A stretch of 43,037 nt of DNA from the NCBI GenBank assembly GCA_964454075.1, contig CAYVRS010000002.1, positions 1 to 43,037 on the forward strand, written 5' to 3'. Under the pieces are notes generated by a model. The model was not told the DNA's origin and did no database searches. It worked only from the letters and a program-made list of their open reading frames with translations. This stretch comes from an uncultured Chitinophagales bacterium. Its GTDB lineage: Bacteria > Bacteroidota > Rhodothermia > Balneolales > HLUCCA01. A program made the translations under genes and the position numbers. Below, in pieces: positions 1 to 11,196 of this stretch; the stretch's first letter is position 1, and every line of letters begins with the position of its first letter.

Positions 1-2231
1 CCGGGTTCGCCACGAAACCGATCCGAAGCGTGTTGGATGCCGAACCGGTGCTGTCTCCAGAGCTGTTGTCTCTCACGGAGTGGGGGAGCCGGGCTACGTA
101 TGCCTCCTGGGGCGAGACCATCCAGGCCGCGCTCCCGGTGGGGCTGAATTTCGTCTCCGAGAAGCGCATCCAAGCGGCGACCGACGCGTCCGTCAGCCTT
201 GCGCTGGCCGACATCCATCTGGATGTGGCCGAAGCGGGGTCGGTGTCTTTGGAGGAGGCCGAACGGCGCTGGTCGCCCAATGCGATCCAGATGCTGCTGA
301 AATCCGGTGCGCTGGAACTATTCGAGCAGCCGAAGCTTCAGATTGGTGACGAGCAGGAATGGGTGGTGGACTGGTCCGCAGACGGCCGATCTGTTCTTGA
401 CGGCCTCCTCGCCTCACCGCCGAAGCGGTCCTCAACGTGGCTCACCTTGGCCGCCGCCCTGCCGGATCTCGATCTTCCGATGCCGATGACGCGCCTGCTC
501 GAGGAGACGGGCGCCAAGGAGCACCAAGCTCGACGATGGATCGATCTTGGAATCCTGGAATCGAAGAAGGCGGACATCGCGCGCCAGAAGATCGATCCGA
601 CCCTTCATCCCGACCGCATGCATGCGCTGAATGAGGAGCAGAAGGCGGCATATGAGCCCATCTTAGCCGCCTTCGATGCGCCTGCCGAGCCCTTCCTGCT
701 GTTCGGCGTGACCGGAAGCGGAAAAACCGAGGTGTATATCAATGCTTTGCATACCTGCGTGGAACGCGGCCGAGGGGGTATCGTGCTGGTGCCGGAAATC
801 GCACTCACCCCGCAGACGGTGAACCGCTTCCGCCGCGTGTTCGGCGAGCGCATCGCGGTGATGCACAGCCGCCTCACCGACCGGGAACGCTACAACACGT
901 GGATGGATCTGCGCAGCGGACGCAAATCGATCGTGATCGGGGCCCGCTCGGCCGTGTTCGCACCGGTGCGCGACCTCGGGCTCATCCTCATCGATGAGGA
1001 GCATGACGCCTCCTACAAACAGGAAGACCCCGCGCCACGGTATGATGCGCGGGAGGTCGCCTTCGCCCGGGCCAAGGCCTCCGGCGCCGTGGTGGTGCTC
1101 GGAAGCGCGACACCAAGCCTTGTCACGCTCAACGCCGTAGCCAGAAAACAGGTGCGCATGCTCAAACTCACCCAGCGGCATGCGGCCGCCATGCTGCCGC
1201 CGGTGAACGTGGTCGATCTGCGGCAATATCGGAACGCGATGCGCGGCCCGCTTGCCGTGCCGGTCCACATGGCCATCGAAGAGGCCTTGGCGCGGGGTGA
1301 GCAGGCCATCGTGCTGTACAACCGGCGCGGCTATGCGCGGTTCATGCAATGCGAAAGCTGCGGGCATACGCCGGAGTGTCCCAATTGCTCGGTCACATTG
1401 ACGTACCACCGGGCCGCCGAGACGTTGCGATGCCACTATTGCGGCCACAGCGAACGGGCGACGCGTCGATGCGGGTCGTGCGGCCGACCGGATATCCAGG
1501 AGCAAGGGTCGGGCACGCAAAAAGTGGAGGAGGAGCTGCGGGATCTGTTTCCGAAGGCAAGGATGCTGCGGATGGATCGGGACACGACGTCCAAGCGCGA
1601 CTCCCATGCCCGGATTCTGGCCACGTTCGGAAGCGGGGGGGCGGACATCCTCGTCGGCACCCAGCTCGTCTCCAAAGGCCTCGATTTTCCGAACGTGACC
1701 GTGGTCGCCGTGGTGCACTCCGATACCGAGCTCGCGTTCCCATCCTATAAATCGGCGGAGCGGATGTTCCAACTGCTCACCCAGGTCGCTGGTCGCTCGG
1801 GCCGGGCCGACAAACCGGGCGTGGTCCACCTCCAGACCTACAAACCGGATCATTATTCGCTCATCCATGCCGCCGCTCACGATTTCGAAGGCTTCGCCCG
1901 CGAGGAGATGAAAGTTCGGAAAGCCTTGCTTTGGCCCCCCTATTCGCACTTGGTCACCTTCGAATTCAAAGGCAAGGACGCCACGACCGTGATGGCGGTG
2001 GCGCAGCAATTCTCGATCGCCGTGTCTCAGGAATCCGGCTCATGGCCGGTGCTCGGCCCGGCTCCATCCGCCATCCACAAGATGCTCAGCGAGTACCGTT
2101 GGGAATTGCTGGTGAAAACCGACGTCTCTTTGGATGTGGATGAGCGCGTTGAGTGGTTGAACCGTGTCTTTTCCACGTATCTTGAGCGGCGGCCCGCAGG
2201 AGGCACGTCAGTCAGGATCCTTGTCAAATGA
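1..2231 (+). CDS. priA: Primosomal protein N' / replication restart helicase PriA (5' partial; the reading frame stays open to the window edge)
   Basis: Walker A motif GVTGSGKTEVY and DEEH box LIDEEHD. Cys-rich zinc-binding insertion CESCGHTPECPNCSVTLTYHRAAETLRCHYCGH...CGSCG. C-terminal helicase lobe GTQLVSKGLDFPNV. The listed first residues match about residue 80-100 of full-length PriA, and no in-frame stop lies upstream. Confidence 0.9.
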   Translation, partial: GFATKPIRSVLDAEPVLSPELLSLTEWGSRATYASWGETIQAALPVGLNFVSEKRIQAATDASVSLALADIHLDVAEAGSVSLEEAERRWSPNAIQMLLKSGALELFEQPKLQIGDEQEWVVDWSADGRSVLDGLLASPPKRSSTWLTLAAALPDLDLPMPMTRLLEETGAKEHQARRWIDLGILESKKADIARQKIDPTLHPDRMHALNEEQKAAYEPILAAFDAPAEPFLLFGVTGSGKTEVYINALHTCVERGRGGIVLVPEIALTPQTVNRFRRVFGERIAVMHSRLTDRERYNTWMDLRSGRKSIVIGARSAVFAPVRDLGLILIDEEHDASYKQEDPAPRYDAREVAFARAKASGAVVVLGSATPSLVTLNAVARKQVRMLKLTQRHAAAMLPPVNVVDLRQYRNAMRGPLAVPVHMAIEEALARGEQAIVLYNRRGYARFMQCESCGHTPECPNCSVTLTYHRAAETLRCHYCGHSERATRRCGSCGRPDIQEQGSGTQKVEEELRDLFPKARMLRMDRDTTSKRDSHARILATFGSGGADILVGTQLVSKGLDFPNVTVVAVVHSDTELAFPSYKSAERMFQLLTQVAGRSGRADKPGVVHLQTYKPDHYSLIHAAAHDFEGFAREEMKVRKALLWPPYSHLVTFEFKGKDATTVMAVAQQFSIAVSQESGSWPVLGPAPSAIHKMLSEYRWELLVKTDVSLDVDERVEWLNRVFSTYLERRPAGGTSVRILVK

Positions 2232-3127
2232 TTTTCCAAAGCGAAATCGCATTATCGGATACAGAATTCAGCCAGATGCAGATGCATTCGGTCATGAATC
2301 TTCTCACCATCATCAACGGGGATCTGCAGATCTTCGAAACGGTGCTTGAGGACGATGCGGATTTGTTGGAGACCATCCAGACTACGTTCGATCTTGCCAT
2401 ATCCATGCACGCGGGCGATCACGAGAAATTCTCCCCCGATGCTTTGGCGACCTTGGGCGCCCGCATCCGTGCGACGCTCCACCGAATCCATGCCTCCCGT
2501 CCGGAACTGTTCGAGACGGAAGAAGACAAGATGATGATCGAGAACTTCGAGAGCATCTTCACCATTTTCGCCCAACGGGTGGAGGAGATCCGCTTGAGGA
2601 TGCTGTATCCGGATCGATGGGAGGCCTATCCTGTGGAGACGTTCAAGCAGGAGTTCAAGGATTTCTTCACCGCGGTCGAGAAAAACAGCAAAGGGAGGTA
2701 CCGCATCATCTACAACATCGCCGACCAAGGCGACAGCGACTATTTCGTGGCGCTCACCGTGCAGAACAAGGTCTCCGACACCATCCTCATTCCGATCCTT
2801 GTCAAAGATTCCTTGCGAGACCTGCTGGCCAATGCGCGAAAGTACACGCCGCCGGGTGGCAGCATCCAGGCCGGCATCATGGAAGACGACACCCATTTCC
2901 GATTCGTGGTGAGCGATACAGGGATCGGTATTCCGCCGGATGAACTCGAGAATGTCGTCAAGTTCGGCTATCGGGCCAGCAATGTGCGCCACATGAAAAC
3001 CATGGGCGGTGGATACGGACTCACCAAAGCCCTATGGGTGTGCAACCATTTCGGAGGCACGATGAAGATCGAGTCCGTGATGGGACGCGGCACGCGGGTG
3101 GAGATGGATATTCCATTACCGAGCTAA
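2228..3127 (+). CDS. Soluble histidine-kinase-like protein (GHKL ATPase domain, no transmembrane or sensor domain recognised)
   Basis: N box LLANARKYT, G1 box VSDTGIGIP and G2 box GGGYGLTKA. Possible HisKA_2-like H box MHSVMNLLTIINGDL near the N-terminus. Its ATG overlaps the priA stop (ATGA at 2228-2231). Confidence 0.7.
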   Translation: MIFQSEIALSDTEFSQMQMHSVMNLLTIINGDLQIFETVLEDDADLLETIQTTFDLAISMHAGDHEKFSPDALATLGARIRATLHRIHASRPELFETEEDKMMIENFESIFTIFAQRVEEIRLRMLYPDRWEAYPVETFKQEFKDFFTAVEKNSKGRYRIIYNIADQGDSDYFVALTVQNKVSDTILIPILVKDSLRDLLANARKYTPPGGSIQAGIMEDDTHFRFVVSDTGIGIPPDELENVVKFGYRASNVRHMKTMGGGYGLTKALWVCNHFGGTMKIESVMGRGTRVEMDIPLPS

Positions 3128-3129
3128 GG

Positions 3130-4281
3130 TCACTCCGGGAGCAATCTGACGATCTCCCCGCTCGATTCCACCATCACATACAGGTAGCCGTCAGGCGCTT
3201 GGCGTACGTCGCGGACGCGACCGATGTTGGCCAGCAGCTGCTCTTTCGCACCGGCGGTGCTGTCCGAGATGTCGACCCGGTACAAGGCGGTGAAGGCCAG
3301 CGCTCCGACCATCGCGTTCCCTTTCCAACCGGGGTACATGTCGCCGGTGACGAAGGTAAGTCCTGACGGTCCGATCGATGGATCCCAGAACGTGACCGGC
3401 TGTTCCATGCCCTCTTTCTCACGCTCGTTGGTGATGATGCTGCCGTCGTAATTGATGCCGTACGTGATGGTCGGCCAGCCGTAGTTGGCCGCTTTCCTGA
3501 CGATGTTCAACTCGTCGCCCCCGCGCGGACCATGCTCATGCGCCCAGAGTACCCCGGTTTCCGGATGTTTGGTGAAGCCCTGGATGTTTCGGTGGCCATA
3601 GGACCAGATCTGGGTGAACGCTCCCGCTTCGTTGACGAACGGATTGTCTTCGGGCACGCGTCCGTCGTCGTGGATCCGGAAGACTTTTCCTGCGGCGTTG
3701 GTGAACAACTGCGCGTCTTCCATCTGTCCGCGATCCCCGATACTGAAATACAGATACCCGTCGTTGTCGAACACGATGCGGCTGCCGAAGTGATGTCCAC
3801 GCGTCGATGCGGGCCCTCCGGTGAAGATCACCGTCGTGTCGGTGAGCGCATTGCCATCGAGTTTGGCTCGAAGGATCGCGGTGTGCGTGCCGCCCTCCAA
3901 GGGGATGGAATAGGACAGATAGACGAACGAATTGGTCTCGAACTGAGGATGCAGAGCCACATCCAGCAAGCCGCCTTGGCCTTTGGCGACCACCTCTGGA
4001 ACACCGCTGACCGGCGCATCCAGAAGTTTTCCGTTCTCAATCATGCGCAAGGTTCCCGGCCGCTCGGTCACCAGAATACGGCCATCCGGCAGGAACGCCA
4101 TTCCCCATGGGTTCTTCAAGCCTTTGGCCACCACCTGGGTATGGAAATTCTGTTTTTCGGAACGGATGAGATCCGATTTCGGAAGATCCGTCGGGAAGTA
4201 GGTGAAATCGGTTTGTGTGGAGACGGACGTCGAGCAACCGATCATCCACAGGGAGGCGAACAGGAAAAGGGTGGGTTTCAT
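3130..4281 (-). CDS. PQQ-dependent sugar dehydrogenase (soluble aldose/sorbosone dehydrogenase family) lipoprotein
   Basis: Beta-propeller signatures GLKNPWGMAFLPDGRILVTERPG, SYGHRNIQG and GPRGGDELN. I chose the start at MKPTLFLFASLWMIGC (lipobox). The longer ORF (to 4350) would overlap the clpA 3' end. Confidence 0.8.
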   Translation of the reverse strand: MKPTLFLFASLWMIGCSTSVSTQTDFTYFPTDLPKSDLIRSEKQNFHTQVVAKGLKNPWGMAFLPDGRILVTERPGTLRMIENGKLLDAPVSGVPEVVAKGQGGLLDVALHPQFETNSFVYLSYSIPLEGGTHTAILRAKLDGNALTDTTVIFTGGPASTRGHHFGSRIVFDNDGYLYFSIGDRGQMEDAQLFTNAAGKVFRIHDDGRVPEDNPFVNEAGAFTQIWSYGHRNIQGFTKHPETGVLWAHEHGPRGGDELNIVRKAANYGWPTITYGINYDGSIITNEREKEGMEQPVTFWDPSIGPSGLTFVTGDMYPGWKGNAMVGALAFTALYRVDISDSTAGAKEQLLANIGRVRDVRQAPDGYLYVMVESSGEIVRLLPE

Positions 4282-4303
4282 GGTGGGATTCGATGATTTT
4301 CGT

Positions 4304-4311
4304 TCAAAATA
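4304..4311 (-). promoter_or_regulatory. Candidate -7 promoter box TATTTTGA, 22 nt upstream of the dehydrogenase ATG
   Basis: The reverse complement of tcaaaata matches TAnnTTTG apart from the last base. It lies in the 50-nt gap after the clpA stop. Confidence 0.4.
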
Positions 4312-4331
4312 CTGTTTTTTTACCTCCGTGC

Positions 4332-6622
<2,291 letters not shown>

Positions 6623-6626
<4 letters not shown>

Positions 6627-6916
6627 GCTGGTTCCAATGTGCATTTGAGGGGGAAACCCGCCTGCCGTGCCATGCCGTTCGCTTGCCGCACTTTCATTTC
6701 CGCGATCTGCCGATCGTACAGGCCGCAAGCGCCACGACCCTGGTGGTGGACGTCGTTCGTAATCATAACGGCCTCGGGGATGCTCTTATTGAACACGGTG
6801 GTTAGCACCTGCACCACGAAATCGAAGGTGGTGTAATGGTCGTTGATCAGGTACACGGCGTATTTCGGGGGTTCGGTGACCGTGGTTTTCGGCTTTTTCT
6901 CGGTCAAGGTGGACAT
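6623..6916 (-). CDS. clpS: ATP-dependent Clp protease adaptor ClpS
   Basis: 97 aa with the typical ClpS core PKYAVYLINDHYTTFDFVVQVL...AVMITNDVHHQGRGACG. Immediately upstream of clpA. Confidence 0.9.
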
Positions 6917-6919
6917 CCC

Positions 6920-6927
6920 GAAAGATA
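6920..6927 (-). promoter_or_regulatory. Candidate -7 promoter box TATCTTTC, 3 nt upstream of the clpS ATG (leaderless geometry)
   Basis: Minus strand reads TATCTTTC-ggg-ATG. It lies directly after the terminator of the upstream unit. Confidence 0.5.
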
Positions 6928-6932
6928 GACAT

Positions 6933-6969
6933 AAAAAAAGCGGCCGGGGACATCCGTCCCGCAGCCGCT
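6933..6969 (-). terminator. Rho-independent terminator after the hisS / 200-aa ORF unit
   Basis: GC-rich hairpin (agcggc...gccgct outer stem with an inner cggga/tcccg pairing), followed on the minus strand by a run of seven T. Confidence 0.75.
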
Positions 6970-6988
6970 CTGCGGATGCAAGTCTCGA

Positions 6989-7591
6989 TCACCAGGTGAT
7001 GCTGATGCCGCCCGACACGCGTTTGGACGTTCCCTTTGTGACCACCGCCATATTGATGTAGAGCAACTCGAGAACCTTGTCGACATTGGTGACCTGCAAG
7101 GTGCCGTTTGTGAAGCGGAGATTCTCGATGTCGCCTTGGTAGCGGAAGCGGCCCAGGTCGGTCCGGATGTCGGACGCCACCACATGATAGCCGGTTTCGG
7201 TTTTGTGACCGTTCACGACCGCCGAGTAGATCTGGATGGAATCACGCCGGATGCCTCCCATCCCCAACAGGGATTTGATGGATTTCAGCTCATCATGATT
7301 CAGGTCGGCGACGGCATTCGTCGCGCTGATGCGTCCGGCGGTGACCGGCTGACCCGTCGCGAAATGCGTGATCGCCGCGACATAGGGCACGTTGAGCGAG
7401 GCTTTCTCCGCAGTGAGGCCTCTCCAATCCATGCCCATCCAATCGATATTCACGCGCCATATCGAGACGGTCAGCGTATCCGCCGGAATGCGGTTCCCGA
7501 TGCGGGCAGCCGCATGGCGTTCGAGGGATGGCGTGGCGGCAACAGCCACGATCACAAGGAGGGCCAGCAGGCCAAGGACGATCTTTTTCAC
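6989..7591 (-). CDS. Hypothetical exported or membrane-anchored protein (200 aa)
   Basis: N-terminal hydrophobic segment MKKIVLGLLALLVIVAVAA and C-terminal aromatic residue (..GGISITW). No family recognised. Overlaps the hisS stop by 4 nt, so probably co-transcribed with hisS. Confidence 0.55.
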   Translation of the reverse strand: MKKIVLGLLALLVIVAVAATPSLERHAAARIGNRIPADTLTVSIWRVNIDWMGMDWRGLTAEKASLNVPYVAAITHFATGQPVTAGRISATNAVADLNHDELKSIKSLLGMGGIRRDSIQIYSAVVNGHKTETGYHVVASDIRTDLGRFRYQGDIENLRFTNGTLQVTNVDKVLELLYINMAVVTKGTSKRVSGGISITW

Positions 7592-8850
7592 AAGCCTACG
7601 AGTTTTTTAAGGATGTCTGGGAAGTGGAGTTTCTCCTCATAGCTTTCGGCCATGTTTCGGAGCGTGAATTGTTCGGTCAGGAGTTCTTCGTCGCCGACGA
7701 TCAGCGTCCATTTGGCCAATTCGCGGTCGGCTTCCTTCATCTGCGCTTTCATGGAGCGGTTGGCGATGTCCATCGACGCCGACAAGCCCGCATCACGAAG
7801 CGGTTTCAGATGGCGGAAGGCCCATTTCTTGGCGTCGTCGCCGCGGGTCACGATGTAGACATCCAACTCGGGCTGTGCCCCAAGCGGAATGTTCAGCGCG
7901 TCGCAGGCGATCATGAGACGTTCCAGGCCGGCGGCGAAACCGACGGACGGGGTGGCGGGTCCGCCGAGCTCTTCGATGAGCAGATCATAGCGGCCGCCTC
8001 CGCCCAAGGCGTCTTGCGAGCCGAGGTCGGGCGATGAGAGCTCGAACGCGGTGCGGGTGTAATAATCCAGGCCGCGGACCAATCGCGGATCGTCCACGTA
8101 CTCGATGCCGAGGCGGTCGAGATGCTTCTGAACCTGGCGAAGGTGTTTGGCGCTTTCCTCGTTCAGGTACTCGGTGATGACCGGCGCGCTTTCGATGAGC
8201 ACTTGGTCTTCGGGCTCTTTGGAGTCGAGGATGCGCATCGGGTTTGTCTCAAGCCGTTTCTGGGAGATGTCGCTGAGCAGATTCACGTTCGGACGGAAAT
8301 ACCCGACAAGTGCTTTCTTGTAGGCCTCGCGGGATTCCGGATCGCCCACCGAATTCAAGCGCAATGTGGTGTTTTTGATGCCCAAGCTGTGGTACAAAGC
8401 CACCATGAAGGCGATGATCTCGGCGTCGGCAAGGGGATCGGCGCTGCCCATGATTTCGGCGCCGAACTGATGGAACTGGCGCTGGCGGCCTTTTTGCGGG
8501 CGCTCGGCGCGGAACATCGGTCCCATGTAGAAGAATTTCTGCACGCCGCCTTTGAGATGCAGGTTGTGCTCGATGTAGGCCCGGCAGACCGAGGCTGTGC
8601 CTTCAGGTCGCAAGACATACCGGTCGTCGCCTCGCTCGAAGGCGAACAGTTCTTTGGAGACGATGTCCGTGGTTTTGCCAACCCCTCGGGCGATCAGTCC
8701 CGTGTCTTCAAGAAACGGTGTGCGAATCTCGCGGAAGTGGAAGGTCCGGGCAATGTCGCGGATCCGGGTTTCGATGAACTGCCATTTTTCGATCTCACCG
8801 GGCAGGATATCGACCATGCCGAGGTGGGTGCTGAACGTAGGGTTTGCCAT
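7588..8850 (-). CDS. hisS: Histidine--tRNA ligase
   Basis: Class II aaRS motifs: motif 2 region FRAERPQKGRQRQFHQFG and motif 3 region GGGGRYD. HisRS-type N-terminus GMVDILPGEIEKWQ. C-terminal anticodon-binding domain. Confidence 0.92.
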   Translation of the reverse strand: MANPTFSTHLGMVDILPGEIEKWQFIETRIRDIARTFHFREIRTPFLEDTGLIARGVGKTTDIVSKELFAFERGDDRYVLRPEGTASVCRAYIEHNLHLKGGVQKFFYMGPMFRAERPQKGRQRQFHQFGAEIMGSADPLADAEIIAFMVALYHSLGIKNTTLRLNSVGDPESREAYKKALVGYFRPNVNLLSDISQKRLETNPMRILDSKEPEDQVLIESAPVITEYLNEESAKHLRQVQKHLDRLGIEYVDDPRLVRGLDYYTRTAFELSSPDLGSQDALGGGGRYDLLIEELGGPATPSVGFAAGLERLMIACDALNIPLGAQPELDVYIVTRGDDAKKWAFRHLKPLRDAGLSASMDIANRSMKAQMKEADRELAKWTLIVGDEELLTEQFTLRNMAESYEEKLHFPDILKKLVGL

Positions 8851-8854
8851 ACCC

Positions 8855-8862
8855 TGAAGATA
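8855..8862 (-). promoter_or_regulatory. Candidate -7 promoter box (ccg)TATCTTCA, 4 nt upstream of the hisS ATG
   Basis: Minus strand reads ccgTATCTTCA-gggt-ATG, inside the 15-nt gap after the esterase stop. The tRNA-Ser and tRNA-Leu promoters share the same CCGTATCTT core. Confidence 0.45.
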
Positions 8863-8865
8863 CGG

Positions 8866-9738
8866 TCAATCTCCCAATAAAAACTGCAACGGGATGTGCA
8901 CACGCTTCTGCCAAGACCGCTCATTATGGTCTTCTCCCTCAAAGACACGCGACATCCAACGGTCTTCCGGCCAGGCTTTGGCCCGCATCAGACTGTCCAT
9001 CCTGACCTGGTGCACGGCGTAGTTCGAATCCAGGTTTTCGGTGCCGTGATCGAAGTACAATTTGGGAGCGGATGCGACCGGGAGATGCTCATCGAGGTAG
9101 TCCAGATAGGCATCCATGAAGTACGAGGTGTTGCGATCGATCAGCAACGGCCAGTGTGTGGAGACGTTCGCCGCGCCACCGAACACGTCCGGGTATTCGG
9201 TGATCGCATACAGGGAAATGAGTCCGCCCATGCTCGATCCTATGATGAAGGTGTTGTCCCTGTCCGTCTTGGTGGCATAAGTGGAGTCGATGAAGGGCTT
9301 GAGCTCATTCACGATGAACCTCAGATAGGCGTCGGACATCGGCTCATCGGTGAGTCGGATGCGGACCGCCTCCAAGCCGTCGGGAGAGATGTCGGATACC
9401 AGCGGTTCCTGCGGGGCATACTCATGGAACCGTTTCGGCGAATTCCAGATGCCGACCACGATCGCTTTCAGCTTCAGGGAATCCATCGTCTCATCGATGC
9501 GCCATTCCATCCCACCATAGGCGGTTTCCGTCGAGAAGAGGTTCTGCCCGTCATGCATGTAAACGACCGGATAGCGGGTGCTTCCCGACGGGTCGTAGCC
9601 TTCGGGCAGATACACATCCACATTCCGGGCGGCCACATGCGTTGACTGAAAATCAGCATGTCGCACGATGGTCGACGGACTCGGAGATTGGCAGGAAGCC
9701 AGGATCAGCAAGGAAACAGTCGCGAGGATGGGTTTCAT
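8866..9738 (-). CDS. Esterase-family lipoprotein (esterase D / putative esterase fold)
   Basis: YPVVYMHDGQNLF and the nucleophile elbow GSSMGG. Start chosen at MKPILATVSLLILASC (lipobox), where the ATG overlaps the flippase stop (ATGA). The long N-terminal extension of the ORF (to 10335) lies inside the flippase gene and is R/P/H-rich. Confidence 0.75.
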   Translation of the reverse strand: MKPILATVSLLILASCQSPSPSTIVRHADFQSTHVAARNVDVYLPEGYDPSGSTRYPVVYMHDGQNLFSTETAYGGMEWRIDETMDSLKLKAIVVGIWNSPKRFHEYAPQEPLVSDISPDGLEAVRIRLTDEPMSDAYLRFIVNELKPFIDSTYATKTDRDNTFIIGSSMGGLISLYAITEYPDVFGGAANVSTHWPLLIDRNTSYFMDAYLDYLDEHLPVASAPKLYFDHGTENLDSNYAVHQVRMDSLMRAKAWPEDRWMSRVFEGEDHNERSWQKRVHIPLQFLLGD

Positions 9739-11195
9739 AGGCGGATTTCGGTTTGGATGTGGTGGTGAAGCTTGGCCGCGACACCGAGGGCGGCCGTCAG
9801 CAGGATGAACAAGCCGCTTCGAAGCGGGATGGAAAGAAAGAGGCTGTGGTCGCCCATCGGCACGAACCAGGTGGCGACGCCGGCCACAAACAGCACAAGC
9901 AAGCCGCTGAGATACCTCCATCCGAACGGTTGGATGCCATACCGCCGGTAGAGGATCAGGCTGCGGATCGAATTCACCATGGCATAACTCATCAAGGAAG
10001 CGGCCGCGGCGCCGGTGAGTCCGTACGGCGGGATGAGCCATAGATTGAACACGACGCATGCGGCGATGAAGACGCCGTTCACCATCAGATCGAGATGGTA
10101 TTTCGGGGATGTGGCCAGGATGTTCGTGTTCAGACCTCCGGTCATGTCCACCCAATGCCCCAAGCCGATGAGTACCACCACCGCGAAGCCGGTGGCATAC
10201 ACAGGGGGCAGGATCTGGAACAGGTCGTCGAGATTGAGAAGGATGAGAGAAAGCACCACGCCTCCGGAAAGGAAATTGAGCCATGACGACGACCGGTACA
10301 CCGCGGCGATGCGGGCCAGGTCGTTGCGTTTCCATGAATCGGCGACGATCGGTGTGGCGATGCGGCTGATGGCCCGGGCCGGCATGGCGATCACGCTGCC
10401 CATGAAAAAGGCGATGGTGTAGATGCCGACCGCATCCAGATTAACATAAGCCCCAAGCATCAACGAATCGATGCTTTGCACGATGAAGGTGGTGATGCCG
10501 GTGAGGAAGGTGACCGCGCCATATCGGACCATGATGCCGCGCCGGCGCGTGTCAAAGACTCCGGAATCCAAGTTCCAGGTGAATTCACCGCGGCGCACGG
10601 TGCGTCCCAGCACGATGAGCGCGGTCAAAGCATGGATCCCCAAATAATAGCTCAGGAACAGCTCGAAGCCCCATCCGCCGAAGGCGACCCCGAGAATACC
10701 GGCCGTCGTGAGAAGCCGGAGCAGGACCTCCCGCACGAACAGGGTGAAAACCGTCTGGAAGACCGAACGGTCCATGATCTCGACCAGATTGAAGACCGCG
10801 ACGAACAGCGCGAGTGGAATCAGGATCAGGTCGTACGTCACGAACAGCGACGCCGAATCGGCATAGATGCTTTGCAGCCACGGACGAAGACCCAGAAAAC
10901 CGATAGTGGCCGCCGCGAAGCCCATCGCCGCATAACTCCAGATGGCGCCGACGAAGCCCTGATGTCGTTTGTCCTCGGACTTGAAGTGTGGGAAGAAGCG
11001 GATGAAGATGCTTCCATTTCCCAACGACGCCACATGCGCGAACAGCAGCGACAGGCTGGTGAGAAGGCGGATCAGCCCGATCTGGTCGGTCTGGAAATAG
11101 AACGGATACAGGAAGATGAGATTGAGCACCCCCACCGCGGCGCCGATGTACGACAAGACGGTGTTCCAGGAACCTTGGCGGAGGATGAGTCCCAT
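9735..11195 (-). CDS. Oligosaccharide or polysaccharide flippase (Wzx-like, MOP superfamily)
   Basis: 486 aa, hydrophobic throughout with roughly 12-14 predicted helices. The N-terminus is typical of polysaccharide biosynthesis proteins. Located in the glycan cluster. Confidence 0.75.
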   Translation of the reverse strand: MGLILRQGSWNTVLSYIGAAVGVLNLIFLYPFYFQTDQIGLIRLLTSLSLLFAHVASLGNGSIFIRFFPHFKSEDKRHQGFVGAIWSYAAMGFAAATIGFLGLRPWLQSIYADSASLFVTYDLILIPLALFVAVFNLVEIMDRSVFQTVFTLFVREVLLRLLTTAGILGVAFGGWGFELFLSYYLGIHALTALIVLGRTVRRGEFTWNLDSGVFDTRRRGIMVRYGAVTFLTGITTFIVQSIDSLMLGAYVNLDAVGIYTIAFFMGSVIAMPARAISRIATPIVADSWKRNDLARIAAVYRSSSWLNFLSGGVVLSLILLNLDDLFQILPPVYATGFAVVVLIGLGHWVDMTGGLNTNILATSPKYHLDLMVNGVFIAACVVFNLWLIPPYGLTGAAAASLMSYAMVNSIRSLILYRRYGIQPFGWRYLSGLLVLFVAGVATWFVPMGDHSLFLSIPLRSGLFILLTAALGVAAKLHHHIQTEIRL

Positions 11196-11196
11196 C

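Noticed and set aside
663-2009. Long antisense or alternative-frame ORFs overlapping well-supported genes. Examples: 663-2009 in priA, 4215-6599 in clpA, 14305-15357 in pseC, 15354-16229 in pseB, 22792-23649 in ptsI, 25257-26108 and 25330-26142 in tilS, 27340-28947 across the NRAMP gene and pxpA, 33972-36329 in the M16 gene, 41889-43031 in the phosphoesterase.
   Set aside because: Each lies entirely within, and opposite or out of frame to, a gene with strong family motifs. Their translations are R/G/P/A/H-rich and low in complexity, with no recognisable motifs. This is the usual shadow-ORF artefact of high-GC DNA.
9739-10335. N-terminal extensions of several ORFs in the track: the esterase to 10335, pseC to 15480, clpA to 6728, the dehydrogenase to 4350, pseG/H to 13562, gatC to 21692 and the M16 gene from 33624.
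   Set aside because: The extensions overlap the upstream gene and are compositionally aberrant. Internal ATGs give canonical N-termini (lipoboxes, signal peptides, conserved first motifs), often with an ATGA stop/start overlap or a -7 box a few nt upstream.
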